A stretch of 64,000 nucleotides of DNA, from NCBI GenBank assembly GCA_964016885.1, contig OZ024754.1, positions 40,610,001-40,674,000 on the forward strand, given 5' to 3'. Every line of letters starts with the position of its first letter. Position 1 is the first letter of the stretch. The stretch comes from Eledone cirrhosa. Its lineage: Eukaryota. The notes under the pieces are model-generated. The model did no database searches. It saw only the letters and a program-made list of their open reading frames with translations, and had not been told where the DNA came from. Shown here in pieces: positions 1-13,009 of the stretch. The translations under genes were made by a program, and so were the position numbers.

Positions 1-296
1 TGGAGGTGCTGGAAGATTTGCAACATAGTCTACCTGTCATCTGTTCATGTGTTTTCATATGGTTTACAAAACTGGCTTTAGAGAGAAGGACATGGTGAAG
101 AAATCACAATTCCAATAATCAGCATCTCACATATTCTTAGACCTGCTTTAGCTTTGTTTTTGTTTTGTTTTGTTGTTGTTTTTTGGCTTCATCCAACAGT
201 TGACTCCCTGATTTAATTGCCCTTCTCCATGTATTACAATCAAGGGCTTGTTTCTCCCATTGATTTATATCTAAATCCAGACTTTTTATATTTTCC

Positions 297-487
297 TTAA
301 CCCTTTAGCATTTAAACCGGCCATATCCGGCCAGAATTTTCTCACCTCTTTCTGTTCAAACCAGCCATAACTGGCTGTTCATACTTATGTTAAGGTATTG
401 TTCTCAAAATAAATACTATCAAAATCTTGTAGATTCAATATTATGTGAGATAATTATGTGGTAATTATGTAAATGCTAAAGGGTTAA
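297..487. mobile_element. piggyBac-like MITE (TTAA target, CCC...GGG ends). Family copies also near 10014-10198, 18540-18970, 22755-22972, 36540-36745, 37432-38205, 48257-48484, 53817-54044 and 63168-63381
   Basis: TTAA-CCCTTTAGCATTT...AAATGCTAAAGGG-TTAA terminal inverted repeats with a shared internal sequence. Confidence 0.8.
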
Positions 488-1195
488 TATAATCTCATAG
501 ATTCAATATTATGTGAGGTAAAGCCTTTACCATGAAAATACAATAGTATATATAGAGTAATGTAAATGTTATGTGAGATATTATGTGAGGTAAAGCCTTT
601 ACCATGAAAATACAATAGTATATATAGAGCAATGTGAATACTAAAGAGTTAATATAATCTTTGTACCTTTTCTGATCTTTTTCCTGGTTCAAGTTCACCA
701 TAAAAGATTCCCTTTGGAAGCCATACATCATTCATGCAAACAAGATGTCCTACTCAGTGCATTAATACCTAAGAACTGCCAAAGTCACTTAAGGTGGGAT
801 CATTCAAATATCTTGAAATACCACAGGTGAGAGAGTGTTCCATGCTTCACACCCATAAAAGAAAACTGTTGTATGGGTGTGAACATACATACATACACAT
901 ACACATACATACATTCGTACATACAGACACATATACATACACATACATGCATTCATACATATATACATGCATACATATATATATATATATAGTTTTCGAT
1001 TCAGTGAACTCTACTGGATATAATACATAAAATGACTAGGAAAAAACTAATTTCTGCATGACTAATTACGAGGGTGGGTATGGGAGGTCATACAGGTAAC
1101 CTAATAACCTAGAATTTGCATAGATTTACACAAAGGAATTTGTGATATGTATTGTAGTTAAAGTCATACCCCCCCCCCCCTCTCTCACTCTCTCT

Positions 1196-1470
1196 TTCAT
1201 CATCATCATTTTACGTCCCCTTTTCCCTGCTTGCAAGGGCGGGGTGGGTCCTATTCAGCACAGCATCTCTCCACTTGTCACAGTCCCTTGTCATCTCCTC
1301 TGTGAGCTTCAGCGATCTGAGGTCAGCTCTCACCACCTCCGCCCATGTTTTTCGTGGTCTTCCTCTACTCCGTCTCCCTTCTACTGGCATTTCTTGAACT
1401 TCTTTACCCAGCGGTCATCCTCCATGCGCATCACATGGCCATACCATCGCAGTCTTCTCTCCCGCACACT
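1196..1470 (-). mobile_element. RTE-clade LINE 3' fragment
   Basis: The reverse strand encodes a RRLRWYGHVMRMEDDR-type ORF2 C-terminus followed by a (GAT)n tail; homologous to 3051-3432. Confidence 0.85.
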
Positions 1471-1474
1471 ACAA

Positions 1475-1550
<76 letters not shown>

Positions 1551-1631
1551 TATATATATATATATATATTATATTATATATATATATATATATATAATAT
1601 AAGATCAAAAGATGGTTAAAAGAGTTCCATG

Positions 1632-1702
1632 TATTTTAATATGCGCATTTCAAAAACAAATATCATCATGCGATGACATTTGCGTTTTCGTCAAATAAAA
1701 TA
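1632..1702 (-). ncRNA. Type I hammerhead ribozyme-like motif (U at core position 3)
   Basis: Minus strand: TATTTTA-T-TTGACGA-AAACGCAAATGTCATC-GCAT-GATGATATTTGTTTTT-GAAA-TGCGCA-TA-T-TAAAATA. Palindromic stem III; the island is flanked by (TA)n on both sides. Confidence 0.6.
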
Positions 1703-1750
1703 GGGAGACATGATATGAAGGTTAAAAAACACTTGTGATTAGTGCAGTTT

Positions 1751-1844
<94 letters not shown>

Positions 1845-2103
1845 AAGAGAAAGAGAGATATATATATAGATATATAGTATGTGGTGGAGACACCACTAAT
1901 TGTGGGAGTACTCAATACATGGAGAGATACAGAGTGGGTATAGAGATATATAAAATACCAAATGTGGCACCAGGCAGTTTCGGCTTGTGACAAACAAACC
2001 AAAACCACCAGGTGCTGTGGTCAGGATTTTACACCTCTCTCTCTCTATATATATATATATACAATATATTAACAAATGGAAACTATATTTATAAAACCAT
2101 ATT

Positions 2104-2169
2104 TATTTTATTATACATATTTCAAGGGCCACCAAGGCAAATTATGGTGCGCTTTCATCAGATAAAATA
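2104..2169 (-). ncRNA. Type I hammerhead ribozyme motif (left arm of palindrome)
   Basis: TATTTTAT-CTGATGA-AAGCGCACCA..TGGTGGCCCTT-GAA-ATA(TG)TAT-A-ATAAAATA, with an 8-bp stem I. Confidence 0.7.
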
Positions 2170-2283
2170 CAATACAGATTAATTTTATAAATAAATATTG
2201 ACATACCCTGGAAAAAAGACAACCTTAACGATTGGAGCTTCCTGGGGTATGTCAATATTTATTTATAAAACTAATCTGTATTG

Positions 2284-2349
2284 TATTTTATCTGATGAAA
2301 GCGCATCATAATTTGCCTTGGTGGCCCTCGAAATATGTATAATAAAATA
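2284..2349 (+). ncRNA. Type I hammerhead ribozyme motif (right arm of palindrome)
   Basis: CTGATGA at 2292-2298 and GAAA at 2330-2333; stem I TATTTTAT/ATAAAATA; AUA triplet at 2339-2341. Confidence 0.65.
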
Positions 2350-3050
2350 AATATGGTTTTATAAATATAGTTTCCATTTGTTAATATATTGTATATTTAC
2401 TCCAATAATTTGTTGAGTGCTTTAGATCAGTTATAAAAATATTTTTAAGCTTGTTGTATCCCAACAAATTAAATATAACCTCTGTATATATATATATATG
2501 CATATACACTGTAAATGTGGTTGGTGTTAGGAAGGGCATCCAACTGTAGAAAACCTGCCAGACAGTCCTATGCGAGCAAGACAATCACTCTTGCCTCAAG
2601 TGGGACTACCCCCGTCCAAACCCATGCAAGCATGGAACACGGACGTTAAACGATGATGATGATGATGATGATATATATATTGTGGATAAATCCAGGATCG
2701 GATATATCTGCAAAAAAGGAGCGAAATTGCCGGCAGTCGGGACTAGAGGAATTTTGGTAAAGTTTATATGCATATTTTCTTCTAACTTATATTTTAGACC
2801 TAACTCCGTTTAGTTGATTATTTGTCAAGTCAATTTCTACGGGCTTAAAAGGAATGACTAAATAAATTTTATCCGGCTGTTCCTCGCGGAAAATAGTCTG
2901 TATCATTTGTCTATTATTTCTTCTAAGTACATTTTAAACTTATAGCCTCGTTTAAATGATTATTTATGTGGTTGATTTCTACGGAGAGGAAAGACTGTAT
3001 ATATTTTATCTAATAATTCTTCAAACTTGCAATTTTATATAGATATATAA

Positions 3051-3432
3051 AGGATATGCGACGGCTGGAGAGAAATGAGGCAAGCATGCTCCATTGGATG
3101 TGCGTGAACAACCCACCATGAATGTGTTGAGAGAGAAACTGTGTCTGAGAGGGATAGAATGTAGTGTACGGGAGAGGAGACTGAGGTGGTATGGACATGT
3201 GATGCGCATGGAGGATGACCGATGGGTGAAGAAGTGCCAGGAAATGCCAGTTGAAGGAAGACGTGGTAGAGGTAGACCACGAAAAACATGGGCGGAGGTG
3301 GTGAGAACAGACCTCAGATCATTGGAGATGACGAAGGACCATGACGAGTGGAGAGATGCTGTGCTGAATAAGACCCGTCCCACCCTTGCGAGCAGGGAAG
3401 TGCGGACGTAAAATGATGATGATGATGATGAT
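3051..3432 (+). mobile_element. RTE-clade LINE 3' fragment with (GAT)n tail
   Basis: ORF ...RERRLRWYGHVMRMEDDRWVKKCQEMPVEGRRGRGRPRKTWAEVV..., the typical RTE ORF2 end. Confidence 0.9.
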
Positions 3433-3528
3433 GATATATAACATGAATGGACCTGTTATTTTTCTCTAAAAACATTTTTGCTGATTCCATCTTGCCCATC
3501 CCTTCAATCTATCTACTTTCTCATTCTT

Positions 3529-3564
3529 TCTTCTGATGAAGGACTAGCGTCCGAAACGTTAAGA
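3529..3564 (+). ncRNA. Minimal type I hammerhead ribozyme (Penelope-type)
   Basis: TCTT-CTGATGA-A-GGAC(TAGC)GTCC-GAAACGTT-AAGA; loopless palindromic ACGT stem III. A second copy with the same downstream tail lies at 28069. Confidence 0.75.
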
Positions 3565-3660
3565 CCCTCTTCCTGCTATTTCAAGCGTTAACCTAATATA
3601 TTCCTTTCATATACTGTACTGATTGTGTTGTTATTTCTGTTTACCTTTTACATACATATG

Positions 3661-3691
<31 letters not shown>

Positions 3692-5619
3692 GCATATGTA
3701 TATATACATATATATATCATCACTGTTTAACATCTATTTTTCATTCTTGCATAGTTTAGACAGATTGTTTTGAGGCTAAATTAATCAGGTGACCTTGTTT
3801 TGTTTTTTAAAGTTAATTTATTCACCGTAAACAAGTCAATAGACACTAAAAGAGAATTTTATAGGTGAGATGTGTGAGGGAAGAAGCAATCAGAATAGAA
3901 TTTGTGAATCTATTTAGGAAATTCAACAGTAAACGGATGAGACCTAGCAGTTAATTTGGTGCTCCATTTAAAGTCAAAAGATGAGGAACAGAAATATTCC
4001 TTTTTCGTATCTTCCATTTTTGGCTTGGTTTCTATAGCTGGATGCCCTTCTAACACCAACCACTTTACAGCATGTACTAAGAGCATTTTATCCTGACTCT
4101 GGCACTACCACACACAATATATATCTTCATCATCATCACTGTTTTACGTCCATTCGTCCACGCTAGCATGGGTTAGACGGGTTGTCCTGTTGTGGGCATT
4201 GCCAGGTCAGGTGACCATGTCTTGCTCATACAGAACTAATTTTGGCTTTATTTCTACAGCCAGATGCCCTTCCTAACGCCAACCTCATTTACAGTGAGTA
4301 CTGGGTGCTTTTTACCGTGGCACCTACACGACCATTCTACAAAACCAGCCAAACTTATGGATGTTATCCAACTATCTTGCTTGGGGTCTACCCCTGGGTC
4401 TCCTGCCCTATGATTAAAATAATGATAAAACTGATAATTGATAAAATAAAAGATAAATAAAAACTAAATCAATACACTTCTGTATACAATAGAACTAATA
4501 TAAAATTGATAAAAATGGTGTTACGAAATTATATACTTTATAATGAGCAGATATCAACTTATCTTTTCATACTTTGGTCACACCTGATGCAGTATTTAAA
4601 GAATTAACTGAACTAGTTCAGCCCTTTTGACACCAATTCCTTGGGAAACAATCCTGGTTCTATAACACAAGCATTCTCTTGTTTTAAAGTGTATATATTT
4701 ATCCCCCTTCCATACATAAGTACACGTGTATATCACGACTCATACACTGTTCACTTCCCTGACATTTGTACATTATTCTATGTACTATACATGTACCTTT
4801 GATGAGTTGTAGTGCACCTGAGCACTGTACACAATAATTTCATTATTATTATTATTATCGGTGGATTGGCAGTATCAGTAGAGGGTCGCACACCATGCTT
4901 TGCAGCATAGAGTTACGGCCCTTTATTATCTGAGTTCAAATCCCGCCGAGGTTAACTTTGCCTTTCATCCTTACGGGGTCGATAAAATAAAGTACCAGTA
5001 ATGCACTGGGGTAATTGCTGGCCTTGTGCCAAATGTAGAATCAATTATCATTATTATAATAATGCTGCTTTTAGTCATGATGCAAAATAAGTTTAGTCAT
5101 TTAAAAAGTTATTTTATTTTATTTATAATTCATCTGAATTCTTGAATATCGTCAAAATTACTTGAAATATTAGGAAGGGCACAAAAATATGGAAACCATG
5201 TCAAAATATGGGACATATGAGTAAGACATGGTTATATGATCATATCTTGTTTTGGACTGTGATAACATGTCCAGCATAGAAAACGGATGTAAAATGATGA
5301 TGAAGATGATGGTGATGATGGTGGTGATGATGGTGATGATGGTGGTGATGATGGTGGTGATGATGGCGGTAGTGATGATGATGATGGTGGTGGTGATGGT
5401 GGTGGTGATGATGGTGATGGTGATGATGATGGTGGCGATGGCGGTAGTGATGATGATGATGGTGGTGGTGATGGTGATGATGGTGGTGGTGGTGATGACT
5501 TAACCCTTTGGTGACTGTATTTCTAATGACCTATACTCTATTTAAGTTAATTAACAAATAATTTTGAAGGTTTTTCTAAAATTATTAATCATTTCATTCG
5601 TAATATAGTAACTTAACAT

Positions 5620-5945
5620 GTAGGTGTCACGAGACAAAAAGCATCCAACCCATACTTTAGTAATGTGGTTGTGTAGGTGCCACCACAAAAAGCACCCAAC
5701 CCATACTTTAGTAAAGTGGTTGTGTAGGTGCCACAACAAAAAGCACCCAACCCATACTTTAGTAAAGTGGTTGTGTAGGTGTCACGACAAAAAGCACCCA
5801 ACCCATACTTTAGTAAAGTGGTTGTGTAGGTGCCACCACAAAAAGCACCCAACCCATACTTTAGTAATGTGGTTGTGTAGGTGTCACGACAAAAAGCACC
5901 CAACCCATACTTTAGTAATGTGGTTGTGTAGGTGTCACGACAAAA
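5620..5945. repeat. 60-bp minisatellite derived from SINE internal sequence
   Basis: Unit AAAAAGCACCCAACCCATACTTTAGTAAAGTGGTTGTGTAGGTG.., about 5 copies. Confidence 0.9.
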
Positions 5946-6755
5946 ATAACCGAGCCCACACTGTAAAGTGGTCATGTAGGTGTCATGACAAAAAAGCACT
6001 CAGTACACTCTGTATACACTGTAAGGTGGCCATGTAAGGGTCACAACAAAAAGCATCCAGCATACACAACTACGATAATGATGACCGTGATGATGATGAT
6101 TGTTTAGGTAGGGGTTTGCTAGAGAGGGTGCTATTGTACTAGCTTAGTACATTGGTCTTCTAACCCCAAAATAAAATAAAATAAATAAATAAATAAATCT
6201 ATGAACGATTAATAACTGATAACATTATTGATAATATTGATTATATTGACAGATTTCTTCGTTTACGACAGATAAACTGGGAGCATTGTTTTTTTGTGAA
6301 ACAATGAAATCATTTCATCGTAAAAATCAAAGTTGAAGTTTTTTTTTCAAACTATTTATTTTATAATGATGATGGTGGTGGTAGTGGTAGTGGTGGGTGA
6401 TTGTGGTGGTGGTAGTGGTTAGTGGTGGTAGTGGTGGGTGGTTGTGGTGGTAGTGGTGGTAGTGGTGGTGGTGGTGGTGGTGGTAGTGGTGGTAGTAGTG
6501 GGTGGTTGTGGTGGTGGTGGTCTTGATAGGGTGATTAGGATTATATATATATATAGTGACTGACATATATACATACATAAATATCTAGTGATATAAACCT
6601 AATTTTTTCTTTGAGCTTATTTTGGGAGACGACACATGTTCCAGATTATCTCAACCATGACATCTATAACTTTGAATATACATGTATAAATGTGTGTATA
6701 TATATATATATACATATATATATATAATATATTATATATATATAATATATAAATA

Positions 6756-6787
<32 letters not shown>

Positions 6788-7364
6788 ATATATTATATAT
6801 ATATAATATATAAATATATATATATATAATATATGATATATTATAATATATAATATATTATAATATATAATATATAATATATAAATATATATATATATAA
6901 TATATGATATATTATAATATATAATATATAATATATTATAATATATAATATATAATATATTATAATATATAATATATTATAATATATAATATATTATAAT
7001 ATATAACATATAATAATATATAATATATAATATATTATAATATATAATCTATAATATATTATATATATATAATATATAATATATTATGATATATAATATA
7101 TTATATATATATAATATATAATATATTATAATATATAATATATTATGATATATAATATATTATATATATAACAGGAGGCCGGACTGGTGAAATTACCAGG
7201 TCTCCTGTTATTTTAATCAAACTAATATTTAACTCCGTTCCCGCACCACCTACAGGATTAAATATTAATGATGGATGAGTTGCATAACGTAGAGTGCTTC
7301 TGCTACTATTACAGCATGGTTAACTAAACGGAATGACCAGTTCTATACGTTGGTGAATCCCTAA

Positions 7365-7397
<33 letters not shown>

Positions 7398-7899
7398 AGC
7401 ACACAAAAAAATATTGACCCCCACCCACCTCTGTGCACATTTAATGTCACTGTATATTCATTTACCATTAAATTTCAAGACACGACAAGACCCCAATGGA
7501 AGCCCCAGCACTGGGATTTCTGTGCAAGACATTTCTATAAGTGTGGTTCATACAGTTATCAAACCACATTCATTAAACTTAGACTAAATTATCTAACTGG
7601 ACTATTTTTTTTTCTATTTTTAAAAATTTATTAAAAAAATTTTTTTTTTTCCAAAATTTTCATTACAAGTTTGGTGATTCAGATGGATCAGTTAGAGACG
7701 GTTGCTTCTGACAGGACCCACTGGAAGGAGTGTTTGAGGATCTTGCCCCCACGACCCTCTCAGGAATAAGTGGGCGAAAAAGAAATTAACAGGTCCATCA
7801 AGGAAATTAATTATTTGCTTTACAAGTAATCTCCCTTTAATCACGATTTCATCATTTAGAATCAAAACCGTTCAATCTGGGAATTGGGTGCATACTGTC

Positions 7900-8430
7900 A
7901 CATCTCTTGTTCATTATCCCATGAAGAGGGTTGACATGTGCGGTTGGGCTGTAAGCGGTATCACGACTGGAATTTGCAGCCGACATGGTGTTACTTAACT
8001 TGACAGAAGGTGATCTCTGACTTGCACTCGATAGGTTTCATGCCAAGTACTGCATGGACGAAATGAAAATCAGTGCTGCCAAAACTGAGATAATTGTCCT
8101 CTCAAGGAAGCCTGCGCAGTGCACGCTACATGTGAATGGAGTTCTACTGAAGCAAGTGGAGAAGTTCAAGTACTTCACAAGTGATGGAAGGCAGGAGGCT
8201 GAATTAAGTGCAAGAATTGCAAAAACTGGTGCCGTAATGCTCCAACTTCAGCATTCAGTAATTAGAAAAAGGGAGGTAAGCGTAAAATCCAAACTCGCCA
8301 TCTTCAATTCGGTATTAGAGCCAACCCTTACTTATGGTAATGACCGAAAGAATACAAACGGCTGAAATAAGAGTCCTCTGAAGAGTCTTTGGAGTAATGT
8401 GACTCGATAAAGTATGTAGCTTGGAGATCA
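7900..8430 (+). mobile_element. Degraded LINE reverse transcriptase fragment (RTE-like)
   Basis: MKISAAKTE..LKQVEKFKY..SARIAK..KLAIFNSVLEPTLTYG resembles the post-YADD RT thumb region; stops and frameshifts surround it. Confidence 0.8.
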
Positions 8431-9084
8431 GAGTCGCTAGGAAGGACACCTAGCTACAGAGACCATACCAGGCATGGTTCACTGACTTCACTTCACTTCA
8501 CTTGAATCTCTCAAGAATTAAACCATAAAATTATATACAAATCTCAAAAAATCTGTTTAATGGTTCTAAATATATGGTGGTCTGTGGGCTGGGTCAGATT
8601 TAATAGAGGGCAGTTGTCTCAGGCCCCTGCAGTGTGTGGGGGGGTTCCACCAGTGACAACCGTAGCAATTTATTTGTGCCTCCAGCTGGGCTTTTTAGTT
8701 TTAGGGTTGTTAAAATTTTTTAATTTAATACCTGTATGTATAACTTTTCAATTCCAATTATTTGCACCAAGCTGACTTTGATATATAAAATTGGTGGGTT
8801 TGTTGTGCATGAGGGGACCCCTAAACCTGAAACATAGAAAATGTGATAAACTTACAATGTAAATGGCAATAAGGGAAGGAAAAGTAAGGGGGAAGGAACA
8901 ACAGACACTAAACCACAGTCGGAGTTTTTTTATTATTAAAAAAAAAAAGAACAAAGACAATTCGTTTTATTTTTTTAAAAAACTTTATTTGTTTCTTTAA
9001 TGTGATGATTGCAACATAGTGTTGTTAATATATCACAACACAGTGTTGATAACATGTCACACCATAGTGTTGTATCACAACAGT

Positions 9085-9510
9085 GTTGCTAACACGTCAC
9101 AACATTGTGTCGCTAATACGTCACAGTATAACGTCGCTAACATGTCACAACATAATGTCGCCAACATGTCACAACATAATGTCGCCAACATGTCACAACA
9201 TAATGTCGCCAACATGTCACAACATAATGTCGCCAACATGTCACAACATAATGTCGCCAACATGTCACAACATAATGTCGCCAACATGTCACAACATAAT
9301 GTTGCCGTGTCACAACAAAACGTCGCTAACATGTCACAACATAATGTCGCCAACGTGTCACAACATAATGTCGCCAACGTGTCACAACATAATGTTGCCA
9401 ACGTGTCACAACATAATGTCGCCAACGTGTCACAACATAATGTCGCCAACGTGTCACAACATAATGTTGCCGTGTCACAACAAAACGTCGCTAACATGTC
9501 ACAACATTAT
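9085..9510. repeat. 21-bp minisatellite
   Basis: (TGTCACAACATAATGTCGCCAACA-like)n, about 20 copies. Confidence 0.95.
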
Positions 9511-10479
9511 GTTGATAACAAAATATTTAACTGAAGAGGATAGACAAAAGCGTTTTCATCTAAAATTAATTCGTTCTCAAAATATGATTGTTGCGTATTT
9601 GTTTACTTTTATTCCTTAAGTATATAATAATATTTTATTTACAAGTAGTAAGCAGTCTGTGATTGCTTTACCTAGAAATGACAGCCAAAAACTAATTTGG
9701 CAATATTTGATGGGGTTTTGTTTTCGTTTTATATAAGAGCAGCAGTCAAAAAAATTTTTTACATTGTGTTGTTTAGTTTTCAGAATATACATCTTTGATC
9801 TGCATCTTGAAGTAATTATTGAACATGATAAGACATAAAAAAAATAAAAATAAAAAAGCCCCCAAAATCAAACCCTTTAGCTCTTGATTGATTTTGAATT
9901 TAAAACTTCCCCACCCCCATCACCATGATTACTTGTTTTATGAACAGGCTAAATATCTCGAGTAAATTTGAATACAATAACTTAACTCTTTAGTGATTTA
10001 GAAGAAAATATCTTAACCCTTTAACATTTACATTACTCAATTTATTTCACACAATATCAAATCTATGAGATTTTGATACTATTTATTTTGAGAACAATAC
10101 CTTAACATCAGTATGAGTGGCCAGTTACGGCCAGTTTGAACAGAATGAAGTGAAAGAATTCTGGCTGGATATGGCCAGTTTAAATGCTAAAGGGTTAAAA
10201 TAGGTTTCTTAATTCAAGTGAATGTCGAGACACTGCATCCTTTAAGGCCTCCATGCTTCCCGAGATCCGCCAACAGAACAGCTAACACATACACACATGT
10301 ACTTCCCTGACATTTGTGTATTATTCTATGTACTATATTGACGAGTTGTAGTGCACCTGAGCACTTTACACAATAATTTCATTATTATTATTATTATTTT
10401 AATATCATCTTTATGTGATTATAAAATCGTTGTGAAAATTTGCAATAAACTAAAGACTTCAGTTTTTTTAATACAAACA

Positions 10480-11055
10480 TAGTCATAGTGCTGTTGTGTA
10501 CTTTTCAAGAATGTCTTGCTAATGTGGCTTCATGTGGTACAGGATGTTAAGAGTTAATGTGATGTAGTCAGTGTTCTTTTGTACTTTTCAAGAATCTCTT
10601 GCTAATGTGGTTTCATGTGGTACAGGATGTTAAGAGTTAATGTGATGTAGTCAGTGTTGTTTTGTACTTTTCAAGAATGTCTTGCTAATGTGGCTTCATG
10701 TGGTACAGGTTGTTAAGAGTTAATGTGATGTAGTCATAGTGTTTTGTACTTTTCAAGAATGTCTTGCTAATGTGGCTTCATGTGGTACAGGATGTTAAGA
10801 GTTAATGTGATGTAGTCATAGTGTTATTTTGTACTTTTCAACAATGTCTTGCTCATGTGGTTTCATGTGGTACAGGATGTTAAGAGTTAATGTGATGTAG
10901 TCATAGTGTTTTGTACTTTTCAACAATGTCTTGCTACTGTGGTTTCATGTGGTACAGGATGTTAAGAGTTAATGTGATGTAGTCATAGTGTTTTGTACTT
11001 TTCAACAATGTATTGCTAATGTGACTTCATGTGGTACAGGATGTTAAGAGTTAAA
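10480..11055. repeat. About 81-bp minisatellite ending in a MITE-like terminus AAGAGTTAA
   Basis: 7 copies of ..GTACTTTTCAAGAATGTCTTGCTAATGTGGCTTCATGTGGTACAGGATGTTAAGAGTTAA; single copies near 34700 and 57220. Confidence 0.9.
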
Positions 11056-11578
11056 CCCGAGTTAAATGATTTGGAGTTTATAAAAAACTTGAAAGGGTTT
11101 GCAGTAATGTTCTACAGAAGATTGTATAGAATGTAATTTAGTAGAGAAACCAATAACATCTGTATGTAAATGTATGTATGACCTTCCAAGTTCTAAAAAC
11201 TGAGAGAGACTTATGAAACACTAACCTATTTAAATATTACAATTTATTACGATTATATAATTAAAATTATAATTTAAAAAAAAAGATATTTAAAATATGC
11301 ATATAAAGATTTAAAAAAAAAATGCATTTACAATGTGTTAGAATAAGTACACCATATCGCTGCTTGACATAAGAGGCGTAACAAACATTGCTCCCAGTAC
11401 TTGACAGGCACTTTACAGAAAGATTTAGAAAAGCAAAGAGTTGTTTCTATTGTAGGCACAAGATTAGACATTTTGAAGGAAGGGTTTGTTAAATTGACCC
11501 CCAGTACAATGAAGAAAGGCAAAGTAGATCTTGTTGGAATTTGAATTCAGAACATAAAGAGCAAGAACCACCACTACC

Positions 11579-11612
<34 letters not shown>

Positions 11613-12839
11613 TGACTACTACAAGGCATTTTGTTAGCTGCTCTACCAATTCCATGAATCCAACAAGGTAGAGTGTACTTTGATGAAACATTCAAATGAC
11701 TTTTTAATAATCAATAAAATATTGATTTATCCAGAAAGATCATTGATAATAGCTGGGATTTAAATAACTGATTTTCAAACTTATTATATAAATCAAATAC
11801 TTTATTCCATGTGGTCAAATGTTAGAATTGTTTCATTTCTTTGATAAAAAATATTTTTAAAAAGCCAGAATTATACACGTTTTCTTAGAATTTCAATAAA
11901 ATGTAAGGCAATTTAGATTTTTCCCTTTCAAAAAGGTGCATGATTAAAACAACAACAACACAAGAATGAAATCTGTATTGAATGTTTGACAGTTTGATCC
12001 TACCATTTACAGGATATGATTGAATTATTACAGCCCCCACTAATGATTGTGGAGGTGTGTGACCTAGTGGTGAGGGTGTTGGACTTACAATCGTGATGTT
12101 GTGGGTTCGATTCCTGGGCTGAGTTGTGTGTTGTATTCTGGAGCAAAACACTTCAAGTCACGTTGCTCCAGTATACTCAGCTAAAAATGAATACCAGCAA
12201 TAGCTGGGGAGTTTAACCCTGTGATGGACTGGCGTCCTGTCCAGAGAGAAGTCTTGTACTTTCAGTCGCTCCACATCATAAAACTGGGATAAGCACTGGC
12301 TTAATGAGCCTTCTGGCTTAAGACAGACTTTAGACTAACGATTGAGAATGATTTGGTAGCATACATGATGATTTCATTAATAGTTTTATGATTTATCCAG
12401 AGCAGACACTCTCTCTCTCTCAATCTTTTCATTCTTGACCCAGCAAAAAGTGCAGGATATGACAACTAGAGAGAGGTGGGGGGTCACTGCACCACCACTG
12501 AACAGATACATTTTCTATTGACCCCTGATAACGATGAAGAGCAAAGTATAACTTCAGTAGGATTTGAACACACAGTACAGATAACTGCAGCAATTTTTAT
12601 CCAATATTCAAACAATTCTACCAAATTAACTGCCATGAATAGGATTAATGCTAGCAAAACCACAAGTTTATAATTCTTTCATGTTTCGTTGCAGTCTACT
12701 AAGAGTTATATATATATATATAGAGAGAGAGAATTAGTACATCTACCAACATATGTATACAGATGTACACTCATGCTAGCAAATATATAAGTTATGTCTT
12801 AGTACCTATGTGGTTCTATGCAGGGGGACGCAGAACAAT

Positions 12840-12971
12840 TATATGAAAGACGTAAAATAAGAAAATTAAAAAAAATTAAAAATCAACTTACTTACTAAAA
12901 TTTTCACTCAGGAGTGAAAATTTTAGTAAGTAGTTGATTTTTAATTTTTAAAAATTTTCTTATTTTACGTC

Positions 12972-12980
<9 letters not shown>
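12840..12980. repeat. Palindrome with about 70-bp arms abutting (TA)n
   Basis: TATATGAAAGACGTAAAATAAG...TTTTCACTC-AG-GAGTGAAAA...CTTATTTTACGTCTTTCATATA. Confidence 0.9.

Positions 12981-13009
<29 letters not shown>

Larger units (their letters stand above)
2057..2396. repeat. Near-perfect inverted repeat, about 150-bp arms and 36-nt loop, abutting (TA)n
   Basis: ATATACAATATATTAACAAATGG...CATACCC is the reverse complement of GGGTATG...CCATTTGTTAATATATTGTATAT. Confidence 0.95.

Noticed and set aside
1960-2020. Minus-strand GCAC-CTGGTGG..GCC-GAAAC motif with a tail related to the 14427 family
   Set aside because: Two core substitutions and no valid NUH site; at most a dead relative.
4583-4620. 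CTGATGCAGT..ACTGAACTAGTT hammerhead-like string
   Set aside because: The core needs two changes and stem I is absent; too degenerate to call.
9019-9534. SQHNVANM heptad-repeat ORF
   Set aside because: A 21-bp minisatellite open in several frames, with no splice or domain support.
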